A program made the translations under genes and the position numbers. Shown here piece by piece: positions 12,225 through 26,016 of a stretch of 64,000 nt of DNA (position 1 is the stretch's first letter; each line of letters opens with the position of its first letter). This DNA comes from the human T2T-CHM13v2.0 reference genome, Homo sapiens, in NCBI RefSeq assembly GCF_009914755.1, contig NC_060938.1; one strand, written 5' to 3'. A model generated the notes under the pieces. It saw nothing but the letters and a program-made list of their open reading frames with translations, did not search any database and was not told the DNA's origin.

Positions 12225-12691
12225 TTGGTAATGGATGGTCAGAAAATGGAAGCCATTTTTGGTATTTCAAGTAGAAATAATTTAATATGGAGTCTGACTT
12301 AGACAAACATTGGATAAGCTGGGGGAGTGAAGGTCAGGAAGCCACTGCTAGGAGTTAAAAAATTGAAACATGCTGGGATCTCAAGCCACTTCAGTCTCAG
12401 CTGCTTGCACTACCAAAGCAGGTGATTTGCAGAATCTTACCCAAAAATCAATGCAAACCTCAGTTCTGCCATCTGCCTATATATTTGCCCCAGTTGCCAC
12501 CAGAGAAATATGACATCTCTTCTGCCTTAAATCTCAAATGTGTGCTTCTTAATGGCAGAATATAACCCAGTACCATATAGGAAGAGAGATCCTCAGAAAT
12601 GTAGTTCCAGACTTCTCTCCTGAAATGCAGAGATTTTAGGAGTGGGGTGGGGGGGTGATAATGCTAAATTAACAACAAATAGTCCAGCACA
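12225..12691 (-). mobile_element. ancient ERVL-class solo LTR (LTR33/LTR41-like)
   Basis: 'aatggcagaatataacccag...agaaatgtagttcc...aacaacaaatagtccagcaca'. Confidence 0.5.
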
Positions 12692-12884
12692 GATGACCTC
12701 CCCCAAGTCTCATCTGTGAGAAGAAAGGCTTGCACAGCTCTGGTAACACTGAGCTTTACTTACTCCACCTCTAGGAAGCTGTCATATTCACTTGAAACAT
12801 CTTCCTGCAGGAGCAGTGCAACAAAACTTAGAACATTTCCATTCAACCACATCTTAAAAACCCACCATTTAGAAAGCAGGCCCA

Positions 12885-13480
12885 GGTAATGTGGGGTAGT
12901 GGAAAGAACTCCAGTTTTGGGGGCAGACATACTGAGTGCTAATCTCAGCTGTACTCCTTATTAGCCATGTGAACTTAAGCAGTTATTTAATCCTTCTGGG
13001 AAAAAGTGATTATAAAATAATCAGAGCTATATAAAATATGTATAAAAGAATGTTCATAACAGTATTTTAAAATACCAAGTTCATTTAAAAATTGTGATGC
13101 ATCCATATGAAACAGTATCATGCACCCTCTTAAAATTACCTTGTGGAAGAATAGCGTTAACATGGGAAGATGTTCATGATATGGGGAGAAATGAGAAAAA
13201 CAAGTTAAAAGACAGTATGAACACTGCAATTCAGTTTTTATAAAAACAACTATAAAACTATAAAAAGACTACACCAAAATGTTGACAATAGTTATTTCTG
13301 AGGGTAATGGGAATTAAAAGTGGTTTTTTGCAAATGTGTGTGATTTGCTGCATTATGTGTTACTTTTGTGAGTTTAAAAAAATTATATACAAATAAAAGC
13401 ACCAGATAAGATTATTAAGAGAAGTTAACTAGACAACATATGTGAAGTACCTAATACACTTTCAATAAATGATAGTTCCT
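12885..13480 (+). mobile_element. MIR split by an L1ME fragment
   Basis: MIR 5' half 12885-13000 ('tagccatgtgaacttaagcagttatttaatc'), 3' part 13408-13480 ('atatgtgaagtacctaatacac..tcaataaatgatag'). Confidence 0.6.
13035..13398 (+). mobile_element. L1ME4-like 3' fragment
   Basis: 'catgggaagatgttcatgatat', 'acaccaaaatgttgacaatagttatttctgaggg'. Confidence 0.75.
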
Positions 13481-13494
13481 TTCCCCACTTAAAA

Positions 13495-14171
<677 letters not shown>

Positions 14172-16013
14172 CCCAGTCATAGTGAAGGTAGCCTCAGATA
14201 CAAGGATGACTTGTACTTTAGGAATGACTTCTCTGTCCCTGATCTCTTCTGGACCTGCAATCATCACTCTGTCCATAGGCTCCAGTCATATCTGGGCCTC
14301 AGCTTCTGAGGCTGAGGGGCTCCAAGAGACCAAGGCTGAGCTCAAACCCATACCTATTTATTTTTACTAATTTTGTTGGCAGTGACTGGGTCTGCCATGG
14401 TTCCAAAGATATCCTTGTGAAAGCTCTAAGAGCTGATAAGCCGTGTGCCACGTGTTTAATGATGTTCCCTCTGTGAGGCTCTCTTTCTCTATCACTGTTC
14501 ACTTCTGCACTGTTTTCTGCCCCCAGTCTTTTCTCTGGAGAAGTCAGTGCCCTGTGAATCCTCTCCTGCCTGAATCCTTTCCTCATCCTCTTTCCCATCT
14601 TGGAAGACCTGGAAGCATAAGGACCACGTTGTTGTCCTCTAATCTCACCTGGGTGACAAATGGAGTGTGGTGACAATGAGAAACCAGACCTGAAGGTGCA
14701 ATGGTGACACGGATGGGGTGGTAGTTGGATCTTCTGGGTGCTGACAGATGATTAGGAATACGGATGTGGGGATTAGCTGAGGAGAGCTTACCCTACAGTA
14801 AGTCTTCTGGATGGAGAATCTCTTTGGTGGTAGTTAAGGGAAAGTAGTTAGGACCTAAGCCAATAAGAATGACTTAATTTCTATCCTTATATTAAGCCTG
14901 TAAAGAAAGACTCTTTTGAGTAATTGGTTAATTTCTTAATTAAACTGATATGGATTGAATACCTATTACATGCAAAGCATTCTATTGGATGGTTCTGCAG
15001 TCTCTGTTTTATCGTTTTACACATTGTGGTTTTGCCTCTCTTGCTGGGGTTACTATTTCATGCAGACCCTTTCATTGCTATTGCCACAAACTTTTGTGGT
15101 CTTTCAAGGTCTGTGAGTTTTTTTCCCTAGGGTTCAGCCTGTCAGCCAGAGAGCAAGTTCTTAAAAGTCACAGTTTAAATCAGGTAGTCACAGAAGTTGA
15201 CATCTGATTAGGATGACACATAGTATGTACTTAATCAATGCTGTCTAACTTAAACCAATCAGGGTCAATGAAAGCCCTTCTGTAAAACCACAAAGCGTGC
15301 CATGTGCCCTTACTCACTGGAGATAATGGCATTGGGAACAATTATTAGCCTAATTTCTTTTTACATCAATGTAGATTTGATGTCTGGTAATATATGTGTT
15401 GTACCTTTAATGGCCTTTTAATGATGAAGAGGATCAAAAGCATTTTAGATGTGAACCTGCACCATTAGTCTCCATTTCAGAAATTCACAGTAATTACTGC
15501 AGCTGCTTCTCCAAGCCCTGCAAGAGCACTGAGTTCCTGTGAGTGTATCTGCACAGTTAATCACAATCAACACAGAACCAAGTCGATGTAGGTTCCAGGG
15601 GGTGGTTGCTGAAGGTGGAGAAGGACAGCGGGAGTGACATTGGAAAGGAGTGGAGGGCTGTGATTCAGGGCCTAGGGTGTCAAGATCTCTCAGAACAGGG
15701 GTCCTTTCAGCCCTGGACCTCTCCTCATAGAGAGTTCCAGATTTAGAGTGAAATATGAGTTGCTATAATACCCTGTTGGATTCTACAAGTCATATTGGAA
15801 AAAACTAAAGATTCATAATTCTGCATACTACCGTATCACGTTTACGAACATTTGGTAGGGGCAGGGAAGAGTTTGGGGCATGTGACACAGGGTACACAGC
15901 TAGGGTAAGTAAGTGAATCTGGATAGGCAGAGTTTAGGGAAGGGAGCACACAGGGAAAGACCCAAGGGACAATGATGCTTCCCAGGGAGGGGAGGTTAGA
16001 TGGAATGGTTCAG

Positions 16014-16503
16014 TGTGCTGTTTATTCTTTGACTGTCCATCCCCAAGATTCATTGTCTGCCATTCTCTGTGCCACAGAGGCTGACCATTGTGGACTGCAT
16101 CACCCAGGCTCTCTTACTCTGTGGCTTCCAGTTGGCTTTAACCATAGGGAGGCATTGGCAGGAGACTAGGAGAGAGAGGTCAGGGTATTTCTTCCTCCAC
16201 TCCCTTTCTGCTTAAGTGTTGCAGTGCTGACAGTGAGTGTATCCCTCTACAGCCTTTGTTCCTATCAGAAGGCCCTTCTTCCATGGCTCCAGCTCTTACT
16301 GGGCTCTGATAGCATGGTTCCCTCTACTTGTCCCAAGACTAGCAGTGGTATAAACTTCCTGTTTTTCTAGTCCTTGGATGCCTCAACATCTTTAATAGGT
16401 TCCAACCCTAACCCTATTCACATGGCTGTAAATAGTACCTCCATTAAATTCAAAATCCCTGCTAGACATGCCTGCTGTTTCCGGGAGAACCCTGGTTGAT
16501 ACA
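16014..16503 (+). mobile_element. LTR33 (ERVL) solo LTR
   Basis: 'gaggctgacc..tggactgcatca..tggcttccagttgg..ggcaggagac..ggtcagggtatttcttcc', ends 'ccctggttgataca'. Confidence 0.8.
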
Positions 16504-16509
16504 ATGGGT

Positions 16510-16902
16510 ATATCAGGGACTGATGAATGTTTACCAACTCTAATTCCTTTTCCTGGACACACAGGAAGATTACATTTTCCATTCTCCCTTGCAGTAGGTT
16601 GAGGCTGTATTACTCAGTCATAGCTAATGAGATGATAACACATCCAAACCTGATCATGAAACCCCCTGTGCACTTGAGCCCACCCTCTTCCTCTTCCATG
16701 GTAACAGTGGAAGCCGTATGTTTAAGGTTGCAATATCTCCAGCTGGAAAAAGCTTGGATGCCTAAGTTGCTACTTGGAGGAGAATTGCCCAACTGTGTCC
16801 AACTATGATATGAGTGAAAAATGAGCCTTTATTGTGTTATGCCACTAAGATTCTGAGGGTGATTTGTTACAGCAATTAGGGTTAATTACCTTGACTAATA
16901 CA
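16510..16902 (+). mobile_element. MaLR solo LTR (MLT1H/I-like)
   Basis: 'tacattttcc..cccttgcagtagg', 'ttgtgttatgccactaagatt..ttgttacagca..ttgactaataca'. Confidence 0.8.
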
Positions 16903-17024
16903 GTGGAGGTGCTAAAGAAGAGGCCACCAAGAACAATGGAGCATCCAAGGCATAAACATAAGGAAGCACATAATCTAACTTGGGTGACACTGCAATGAGA
17001 ATTAACAAAGAGTATAACGTTATT

Positions 17025-17220
17025 GCTTTGTGCAAAGAGCAGGGATTTGGATGTCAGAGTTGAGTTTAAATCCAGGCTTCACCACTTCTAGCTATGTGAT
17101 CTTGAGCAATTACTTTATCTTTTTTAGTTTTCTCATGTAAAATGGGGAAAGTAATACCTATCTCACAAAATTCTTTTGTGGATAGATGATTTATTTATAT
17201 AACATCATAACTGGTACTTG
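17025..17220 (+). mobile_element. MIR
   Basis: 'accacttctagctatgtgatcttgagcaattactt...ctcatgtaaaatgggg'. Confidence 0.8.
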
Positions 17221-17653
17221 ATGATATTTTCCCCATTTTCCTCTCAGCTGTGAATTCTAAACTCAGTGCCTCCGGTGACTGGTAAGTAATTTCAATTTTG
17301 GAGGGCATTTCGCCTCTTGAGTGGCATGTTCTAATTTCTAATGGCCAAGGACAATTCATATTGTCATAAGCATCCTGATGAATGAATTTGAATGTGACCA
17401 GGAGAGAGGGATTTCCTTTGGGGCTTGTACTTGGGCTTTCCCTCTTTCACTTCTCTGCCTTCTCAGGCACCATCTTGAAATTTGGAGGTCATCTAACACG
17501 TTTGTCAAGTCAAGCAAAATTAGGGCTTTAGAGTCCCAGTTCCATCCCCTACTTCATGAGTGAATGTGGATCCTGGGACAAAAATGTCTTCGATAAAGTA
17601 AGAAGAAAGATTCCCCATGGAAACTTTGTTCAGCATCAAGCAGGCTTATCTGT

Positions 17654-18300
17654 CCACTCATCCATCTATCCAGAAAATAGTTGTTTAGTGCCTAGCATTT
17701 GTGAGGAACACTTCTAGATCCTGTAGTAGACACAAAGATAGATTACACACAACTTGCCCTGAAGGGCTTACATTCTTGCAGAAGAGAAGGTAATTTATCT
17801 TCCTAAATAATTTTAAGACAGACCAGAATGTGATGATAAGCAGGGTAGGTACAAAGTGCTATGAAATTCAGAGGAAGGGAAATCCCTTCTAGCTGCAGGG
17901 ATCAAGGAGCATTTGAGTAAATCTTGAAGGTGGGGCATAATTTGAACATATGGAGATGAGGGACAGATCAAACATGGAGAAGTAGGAGATATCCATAGTG
18001 GGGAAGTGGTGGTGAGAGCACAGCTACTGAAAGTGGAGGGAAACAGTTTTAGAAGTGCCACCTGAGAACAGATTATACAGAGCCTGAATTCTAGGCCAGG
18101 ACCCTTATGATGAGGGCAAGTCATCAAAGGTTTCTGAGCACTGGAGTGCCATGTGCCCTGGGAAGGCTATTTGGGAGGCCGTGTGCAGCCTGCATAAGAT
18201 TCAACAGGGGATGGAGAGGAGGAGGCCAGTTAGAAGAGCTGCCACCATCTAGGTAAACCTTAATGTGGGATTAAGCAAGGCCGGAGGCTGACAAGTGTAA
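17654..18300 (-). mobile_element. L2 (L2c/d-like)
   Basis: 'acaaagtgctatgaaattcagaggaaggga', 'ggaggccagttagaagagctg'. Confidence 0.7.
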
Positions 18301-18627
18301 GGAGTGTGTGGGAGAGTCATTCAACAGGTATTTATTATGTATCTGTTCTATTCCCCAGTTGTGTCAGTCACTATGGGGGTGAAAACTCAAAAGCAACACA
18401 ATTCTTGCCTACTAGGTGCTTGGAATATGACATGAGGGGTGAATCAGGCAAGGGAAAACTTGTCCTTCCTGAGCACTTGCCCTTATGGCCTCATGGCATA
18501 AGAACGAGCTAGTTTACCCCCCACTCATCCCCCACTCAGCACCTGTGAACAGTCCCCACTTCCACCCAATACCACCAAGGATAGAGGTTTAAAGTTTTAA
18601 GGTAAGATGTAGTCTGCTGTCCATCCT

Positions 18628-19615
18628 TTGTTGTTTTTGTTTTCTTTCCAACTTTTATTTTAGGTTCAAGGGGTACATGTACAAGTTTGTTACATGGATA
18701 AATTGTGTGTCCTGGGAGTTTGTCGTACAGATAATTTTGTCACCCAGGTAATCAGTATAATACCTGATAGGTAGTTTTTCAATCCTCACTCTCCTTCCAC
18801 CCTTCACCCTCAAGTAAGACCCAGTGTCTATTTTTCCCTTCTTTATGTCCCTGTGCACTCAATGTTTACCTCCCACTTGTAAGTGAGAACATGCGGCTTT
18901 TGGTTTTCTGTTCCTGTGTTAGTTTGCTTAGGATAATGGCCTCTAGCTCCATCCATGGTGCTGCAAACAACATGATCTTATTCTTTTTTCTGTGGCTGTG
19001 TAGTATTCCATGGTGTATATGTACCACATTTTCTTTATCCAGTCCACCACTGGTGGGCAACTAGGTTAATTCCATGTCTTCGCTATTCTGAATAGTGCTG
19101 CAATGAAAATACACATGTATGTGTCTTTATGGTAGAACAATTTATATTCCTTTGGATATATACCCAGTAGTGGGATTGTTGGGTCAAATGGTAGTTCTAT
19201 TTTAAGTTCTTTGAAAAATCTCCAGACTACTTTCCATGATGACTGAACTAATTTACATTTCCACCAGCAGTGTGGAATTCCCTTTCCTTTGCAGCCTCAC
19301 CAGCATCTGTTATTTTTTGACTTTTGTATAATAGCCATTCTGACTTGTGTGAGATGGTATCTCTTGATACTTTTGATTTGCATTTCCCTAATGATTAATG
19401 ATATTGAGGATTTTTTCATATGCTTGTTGGCTGCATGTGTGTCTTCTTTTGAGAAGTGTCTGTTCATGTCCTTTGCCCATTTTTAAATGGGGTCATTTGT
19501 TTTTTGCTTATTGATTTAAATCGCTTATAAATTCTGGATATTAGACCTTTGTCAGATGCATACATTTTCTCCCATTCTGTAGGTTGTCTGTTCATTCTGT
19601 TAACAGTTTCTCTTT
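18628..19615 (-). mobile_element. 5'-truncated L1PA13-16-like element
   Basis: antisense 3' end 'ccaacttttattttaggttcaaggggtacatgt'; ORF2 C-term remnant ([19 protein letters not shown]); possible degenerate TSD ctgtcc(a)tcct. Confidence 0.92.
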
Positions 19616-19639
19616 CTGTCCTCCTGTTAATCCTTATTT

Positions 19640-19900
19640 AACAAACATTGTATAGCACTTAATGTATTCCAGATATGATTTTAAAAGCTTTATAAATACA
19701 ACATCATTTTATCCTTGTAAAAATCTTAATGAGATACATATTTTTATCATTCCCATGTTATAAATGAGAAAACAGAAGCATAAAGAGATTATATAATTTT
19801 CCCAAGGTCATACAGCTAGTAAGTAGAGAATCCTGGGTTTAGAACCCAAGGCATCTGGCTCCAGAATCCTTGCACTTTTCCACCACATTATACCACCTCC
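19640..19900 (-). mobile_element. MIR
   Basis: 'cccaaggtcatacagctagtaagtag...gaacccaaggcatctggctccagaatcc'. Confidence 0.85.
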
Positions 19901-20067
19901 CTGCCTCGCTGCTTTCTCTTCCACCCACCTGCAATGAATCACAGCCAAAAGGGATTATTCTTGGACTCTGCTCATCCCTGCTGAATCAGTTCTGTCTTCT
20001 TGGCTCATGATGCTGTCCAAGGTCACAGTCATGGCTAGAATGAGACTCACCGATATAGTTGATGCTA

Positions 20068-20468
<401 letters not shown>

Positions 20469-20589
20469 AAAGACGGTTCTGAAACTGTGGGACTTTTCAC
20501 CCTCCCTGCCGAGCTGCCAGGCTTATGCCACCACTCAGCATGCTGCTCAGGAAGAGGCAGAACGATGGCCGTGCTTACAGCATGGGCTA

Positions 20590-20800
20590 TGACTCTCACT
20601 GCCTGTGGACTCTGGGACAAGTTATTTAACTTCCCTAAGAATCAGTTAGGGTAGTTTCCCAGCCATAAAATGGGGGTATTACATAGTATTTCCCTCATAA
20701 TATTGTGATATCATTTCCTTATCTGTGAAATACCTTCATCTCAACACTCAATACAATGGATGGTCTCTAAGTAACATCCACCCAGCTCTATGATCCCATT
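20590..20800 (+). mobile_element. MIR/MIR3 fragments
   Basis: 'gacaagttatttaacttccct..taaaatgggg' and MIR3-type tail 'gatggtctctaag..cagctctatgat'. Confidence 0.55.
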
Positions 20801-22230
20801 AAGTGTTGGAACGATAATTCCATTAGGAGTTCAAAGGGGGAACAAATCAATGGAGATTGAAGTAATCAGAGAGAGTTTCATAGAAGAGGTGAACCTGGGA
20901 GGATCTGTGTGGGCTGAAGGGAGGAAGAAGTCACCTTCTAGCTCCTGTGTCCCATAAACTCCAATCTGACAGCTGGTGACCGTTCTGGGTCCACTCAGGC
21001 CAGACGAACATCTCTCCAGGGAGTCCCAGCCTTCCTTCTCACTCCAAGACACCATCAGCCACACCAAGGGGGACCAGCAAAGCCTCAAGCTGTGTTGTGC
21101 CCTGTGTGAAATGTCAACTGCCTCAAGACCCAGCTACCCGACACAGTCTGTTTTCTGGTCAGAGGATTGCTTTCCATTTGTCATTATCAACTAAGCACTG
21201 TCCAGGTCAATGGAACCGATGTCTCTCAGACTGGAGAGATTGTCTTAAAAACAGGACCGAGGCTTTTAACCAGGGTTGGGTCCCATAGTTCTCTCTGAAG
21301 GATGATGCCCATTTGTGGGTGAAGGATACTCAAAGCACTTGAATCCCTACTGCTTATCCTCATCCCCACAAAGTCCCACCAAGGAAGCTGTCCTGGTCAC
21401 CTGCTTGGAGAGAAACCTACCCCTTTGGATCCCATCCCTTAAAATGGCATCACCTGGTAAGTGCTGCCAAGCCTCCTTGCCAAGTCCAATTTAGTGACAC
21501 ACAAGGCCCTGGCTGTTTTTCTAAGCCGGTGAGATTTCCAAAAATGGTTGGAAGGAAAGGAGAGAAATCAGACCGCGAGAAAATGGGACTTATGGGATCG
21601 TCATGGGGAGCCTATGGGAGGAGTTAAACTTTATGCTGTGTGGCTTTGCTGTGGCCTCAATTTTTCATTCCCAGCTCTTCTTTAGAGCCTTTCTCTACCT
21701 CCTTGAAAAGCTGTACAGTGAAGTTATTCTTCATCACAGAGGCCATCTACCTATCACTTGTGCTAGGAAGGTGACATTTTTCCCTTTTTTCCTAAAGGTC
21801 AAACTAAATTTATTCCCATATGAGGGAGCCCTGCATGCTGGTCATGCACGGCAGCTGGGCTCTGAGGGATACCAAGTGGCTGCAGTAGCTCCCAGGCAGG
21901 AACCTGCCTCTTCTAGGTGAGCAGCCAAGGGGGCCGCAGCTGCTTCAAGCTGAGAAATTGAGTCAGGGTGGACGTTCAGAGGCCCCTCCATAAACCCCCT
22001 AATTATCAGTTTACTGCACCCCCATCCTTTCAGTCCTCAGTTCTTCCATTAGCCTCCAGAGTCACTTGGGAGCAGCCCAGGATCATTAGTGGCAGTTCGC
22101 TGGAGCTGCACTCAGATTTTCCTGGCTAGTGGCATTTCAGGTGTGACAAGCAAAGGGTATACGTGCATCTTTGCTTCCATTGCTACCAGAACAGACTGCA
22201 GCAGAGAATGAAGGTCTCCTTCTGTGAGTT

Positions 22231-22550
22231 ATTTTTATATTTATTTATTTAAAAACAGGGTCTTGCTCTTTCACCCAGGCTGGAGTGCAGTAGCTCAATC
22301 AAAGCTCACTACAGCCTTGACCTCCTGGGCTCAAGTGATCTTCCCACCTCTGCCTCCTCCTGAGTGTCTGGGGTCATAGGTGCACACTGCCACATTCCCT
22401 GCTAATTTAATTTTTTTTTTTTTTTTTTGGTAGAGACAGGGTTTTGTTTTGTTGCCCAGGGTGGTCTTGAGCTCCTGGTTCCCCAAGTGATCCTCCTACC
22501 TCAGCCTCCCAAAGTGCTGAGATTACAGGTATGAGCCACCACGCCTGCCC
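22231..22550 (-). mobile_element. Alu (AluJ)
   Basis: 'cagccttgacctcctgggctcaagtgatcttcccacctc' J-type; expanded T middle tract. Confidence 0.95.
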
Positions 22551-22744
22551 TATTTTATTTTTTTAATATACCTCACAGTTAAGATCTTGGTTCCTTCTAT
22601 CACACATTATTTTCTAAAAATAAGAGGTGGTTAATGCTGACAACACTGTACCACAGCAGAAAGTAATGAGGCCCGCTTTCTAGGATAAGACTTGCTTCTC
22701 ACTTGCTTATTTTTACAACACTTCCTTTAAGGAAAAAGGCCACA

Positions 22745-22880
22745 ATCACAGAATGACCCAGCTGGAAGGGACCTTAGAAATGATTTAATTCAGCCCCTTT
22801 ACATCTTTCCCTCAGTTTCTAGGTGAGGGAGTGAGGTTCAGAGAGGTGAGGGGACTTGGGCCCTCATGACATCCAGAAAA
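22745..22880 (-). mobile_element. MIR3
   Basis: 'agctggaagggaccttagaaatgat..gaggttcagagaggtgaggggactt'. Confidence 0.75.
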
Positions 22881-23089
22881 CATGGTCTGAGAAACACAGT
22901 TCCGGGTGACCTGCTGCTCCTCCTCTGTGGCCTGGGAAGAGTTGCATGCTCTTTACATTTCTACTTTTTGTATCTGACTCCATCATCTTGGAAAAACATA
23001 CACAAAACAAGGAGATGATGTAAAAAAACGAGTAATATGTCCACTTTAGAGTCTCATAATCAGGAAATGCCCTCGTATGCTCTCTCTGA

Positions 23090-23695
23090 CTCCACAGACC
23101 CTCCACCCTTAGTTTCTTAGGCTGTCTGGGTATCCGTTTCAGTATGTACTGGATCTCGGCTGTTTGACTAGGTGTATCTGGTATCCGCTCTCTGCCCGCA
23201 CTGATTGAGACCCCAAATATAGCTGATTGCAGCAGAGAGCAACATCTGACCCCGGGGATCCCCATTCAGAGGTTGATTATCTGGCAACAACATGGCCTAG
23301 TTCCTGGCTGAACTCAGGGACACAGAAATTGTGGTTTGTTGGTTAAGAGCTAGATGGAAGTAGGTGTCACATAGATCCAGGTACTAGGCTGGTCACACTG
23401 GGCCTTGCACAGGAATAGTAAGCAGAAAAGGCTGTTTTTTTGTTTTTTGTTTTTTGTTGTTCTTTTTGAAGAAGCAGGAGGGTGGAATACATACAGAGAA
23501 ATATGGGCCTAAAAGACCATGTTCCCCTGAGGCGGAAAGAAGGGCTTCAGCTCCTGGCAATTTCTGGTATCATGAGGCTCTGCTAAATTTCCTTTCTTAC
23601 CCTTGGCCGGCATGGATTTTTACAATCTCCTATCTCCTACCCTTTATTTGTATTGGCTTTAGTCCCTTACAACCACAACTTCCCTAATCAGAACA
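23090..23695 (+). mobile_element. ancient MaLR LTR (MLT1L-O-like)
   Basis: 3' end 'tcccttacaaccacaacttccctaatcagaaca' and purine-rich middle. Confidence 0.4.
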
Positions 23696-24329
23696 TTATC
23701 TTGTACAGTCTGCATGTGTTAAGTCTTGTTCCTCAAACCAGGAACAAACTCTCAAAGTACAGAGATTAACGTCTTAGTCTTTTGAAAAATCTTTCCAGGT
23801 AACTTGTAGATATGACAGCTGTTGAAAGGTTAGGCTGAAAGGCTTTCTGGAAATCCAGTTCTATAAACCTGTTTAAACATTTACATCAATTGGCCCTGAG
23901 AAAGCCTTTTTGAGGTTTCCAACATAAAGCAGCTCAGTATTAACTGTCATTGGAAGTTTAAGAGAAATGAATGCCAATATGTCTGATATAGCCTTAACTT
24001 TCCCAGGCCTCTTCAGCTGGCAGGCTGAGAAGGGATTCCAGGCACTGTAGTAACACAGAAGTCACCGGCTCATGTAGCACCATGGCTCCTAAAAGCATCC
24101 CTCTACTACTTTTGTGAGTTTCAAGGGGTGTCTCACTTGGGTGCATGGAGAACTTTGCTTATCTGGGGCCACTAATGCTGCACCATCTCCCCTTACCTAC
24201 TTTTAATCTGCCTTTCCATCTACCCTCTGTCACCTCTTTATTGCCTCCTTCAGTCCTTCTTCCATGTTGCTAGCAGGGATGTCTTCCAAGTGCAGATCTC
24301 ACCACATATTCTCCTGCTCAAAGCCCATC

Positions 24330-24803
24330 TGTAGCATATACTATTAGTTGCTTGTTCTCAGCAATCCCCAGTGCTAACCTATCCAGCTCTGTTGATAGAG
24401 CTGGTCCCCCATGAAAGATGCTGAAAGTGCCAAATATGTGCCCTTTCAGATTCCCTTACAGCTAGGACATGGGGACATGACCTGATTCTGACCAACTGGA
24501 TCTGAGGGGAAGAATTCTGAGGGTTTCAGAGAAATATATCCCTTCTTCATATAAAACACACATCAAAAGAAACATCCCTTTTCCTTGTTTAGGGCTTTGT
24601 GTGCTTAAGCCATGATGCTTAGACTTGGACTCCCATATTGTGGTCATGGAGAGACAGTGACCCAGAGCCCTATATTGATGAGTTCCTGAAGCTTTCTACC
24701 ACTAGACTTTTTATTATGTAAGAAAATATAGTGTTCTTATCATGTAAGCAATGTTTACTTGGGCCTTCTGGTGTTACTTGCAGGCAAAAGCAACCCAAGA
24801 TAT
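24330..24803 (+). mobile_element. MaLR solo LTR (MLT1J-like) inserted into an L2 fragment (L2 at ~24255-24329 and ~24804-24865)
   Basis: 'cccttacagctagg..catgacctgattctgaccaa', 'ctagactttttattatgtaagaaaa..tgttacttgcaggcaaaagca'. Confidence 0.75.
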
Positions 24804-25197
24804 TTTCCACAGATCCCTATTGGAAAAAGTTCAAACTCCTTATCATGGGTACATGAGGCCTTTGCTGTGAGAGCTTCCCGGAGGGAAAGGGCAGAGATGC
24901 TATGTGCCAACTGAAATTACAGAAAAGACTGGATGAAATCAAACAGAGAGTTAATCTAAATAATGATTGCAAACATGGATGCAAACAGTGTAGATGCCAT
25001 GATAATAAAGATATGATAGACAATATGTAAGCTGTAATGTAAAAAAAAAAGTTGAGAACCGAAATCTTGTACTTGCACACAGCCAACTGTGTATATTAGC
25101 ATGACTTTCCTATTCCATTGTCTTTATTAGCATAACTTTACTGCTCCAGAGGACTCATGTTCAGGAAGATAAAAACTGCAAACAGCTTTATTGTCTA

Positions 25198-26016
25198 TGT
25201 GATAATAAATTTTAAGTTTCAGTGTGGCTATGTTATGGTACCTTGTTTTTGGGTCAAACACGAGTCTAGATGTTGCAGTGAAGGCACTTTTTAGATGGGA
25301 TTAACTTTTAATAGACTGGATTAAGAAAATGTGGCACATATACACCATGGAATACTATGCAGCCATAAAAAATGATGAGTTCATGTCCTTTGTAGGGACA
25401 TGGATGAAATTGGAAATCATCATTCTCAGTAAACTATCGCAAGGACAAAAAACCAAACACCGCATGTTCTCACTCATAGGTGGGAATTGAACAATGAGAA
25501 CACATGGACACAGGAAGGGGAACATCACACTCTGGGGACTGTTGTGGAGTGGGGGTAGTGGGGAGGGATAGCATTAGGAGATATACCTAATGCTAAATGA
25601 CAAGTTAATGGGTGCAGCACACCAGCATGGCACATGTATACATATGTAACTAACCTGCACATTATGCACATGTACCCTAAAACTTAAAGTATAATAATAA
25701 TAAAATTAAATTTAAAAAGTAAAGCAAAAAAAAATCTGTAGATTTTGAGAAAAGTAGATTACTCTCCATAGTGTGTTTGTGCCTCATCTCATTCATTGAA
25801 GGCCTAAGGGAAAAAGGACTGAGGTTCTGAAGAGAAATAAATGCCTCCAGACTGCATGCAGACTCGAGGCTTTAACATGAACGCCTGCCGAAATTTCCAT
25901 CCTCCCAGCCTGCTCTGTAGATTATGGACTTCCAAGCCTCCACAATGGCATGAGACAGTTCCTTAAAAAGAAATCCCTCTCTGGTTCTGTTTCCCTGGAG
26001 AAGCATGACCAATACA
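25198..26016 (+). mobile_element. MLT2 (MLT2C/D-like, ERVL) solo LTR interrupted by L1PA3
   Basis: 'ggtcaaacacgagtctagatgttgcagtgaagg', ends 'ctggttctgtttccctggagaagcatgaccaataca'; TSD gtcta 25193-25197 / gttta 26017-26021. Confidence 0.85.
25311..25734 (+). mobile_element. young 5'-truncated L1 (L1PA3-like), 3' ~420 bp
   Basis: near-consensus 'aaactatcgcaaggacaaaaaacc..gcattaggagatatacctaatgctaaatgac..taaaacttaaagtataataata' plus A-rich tail. Confidence 0.95.
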
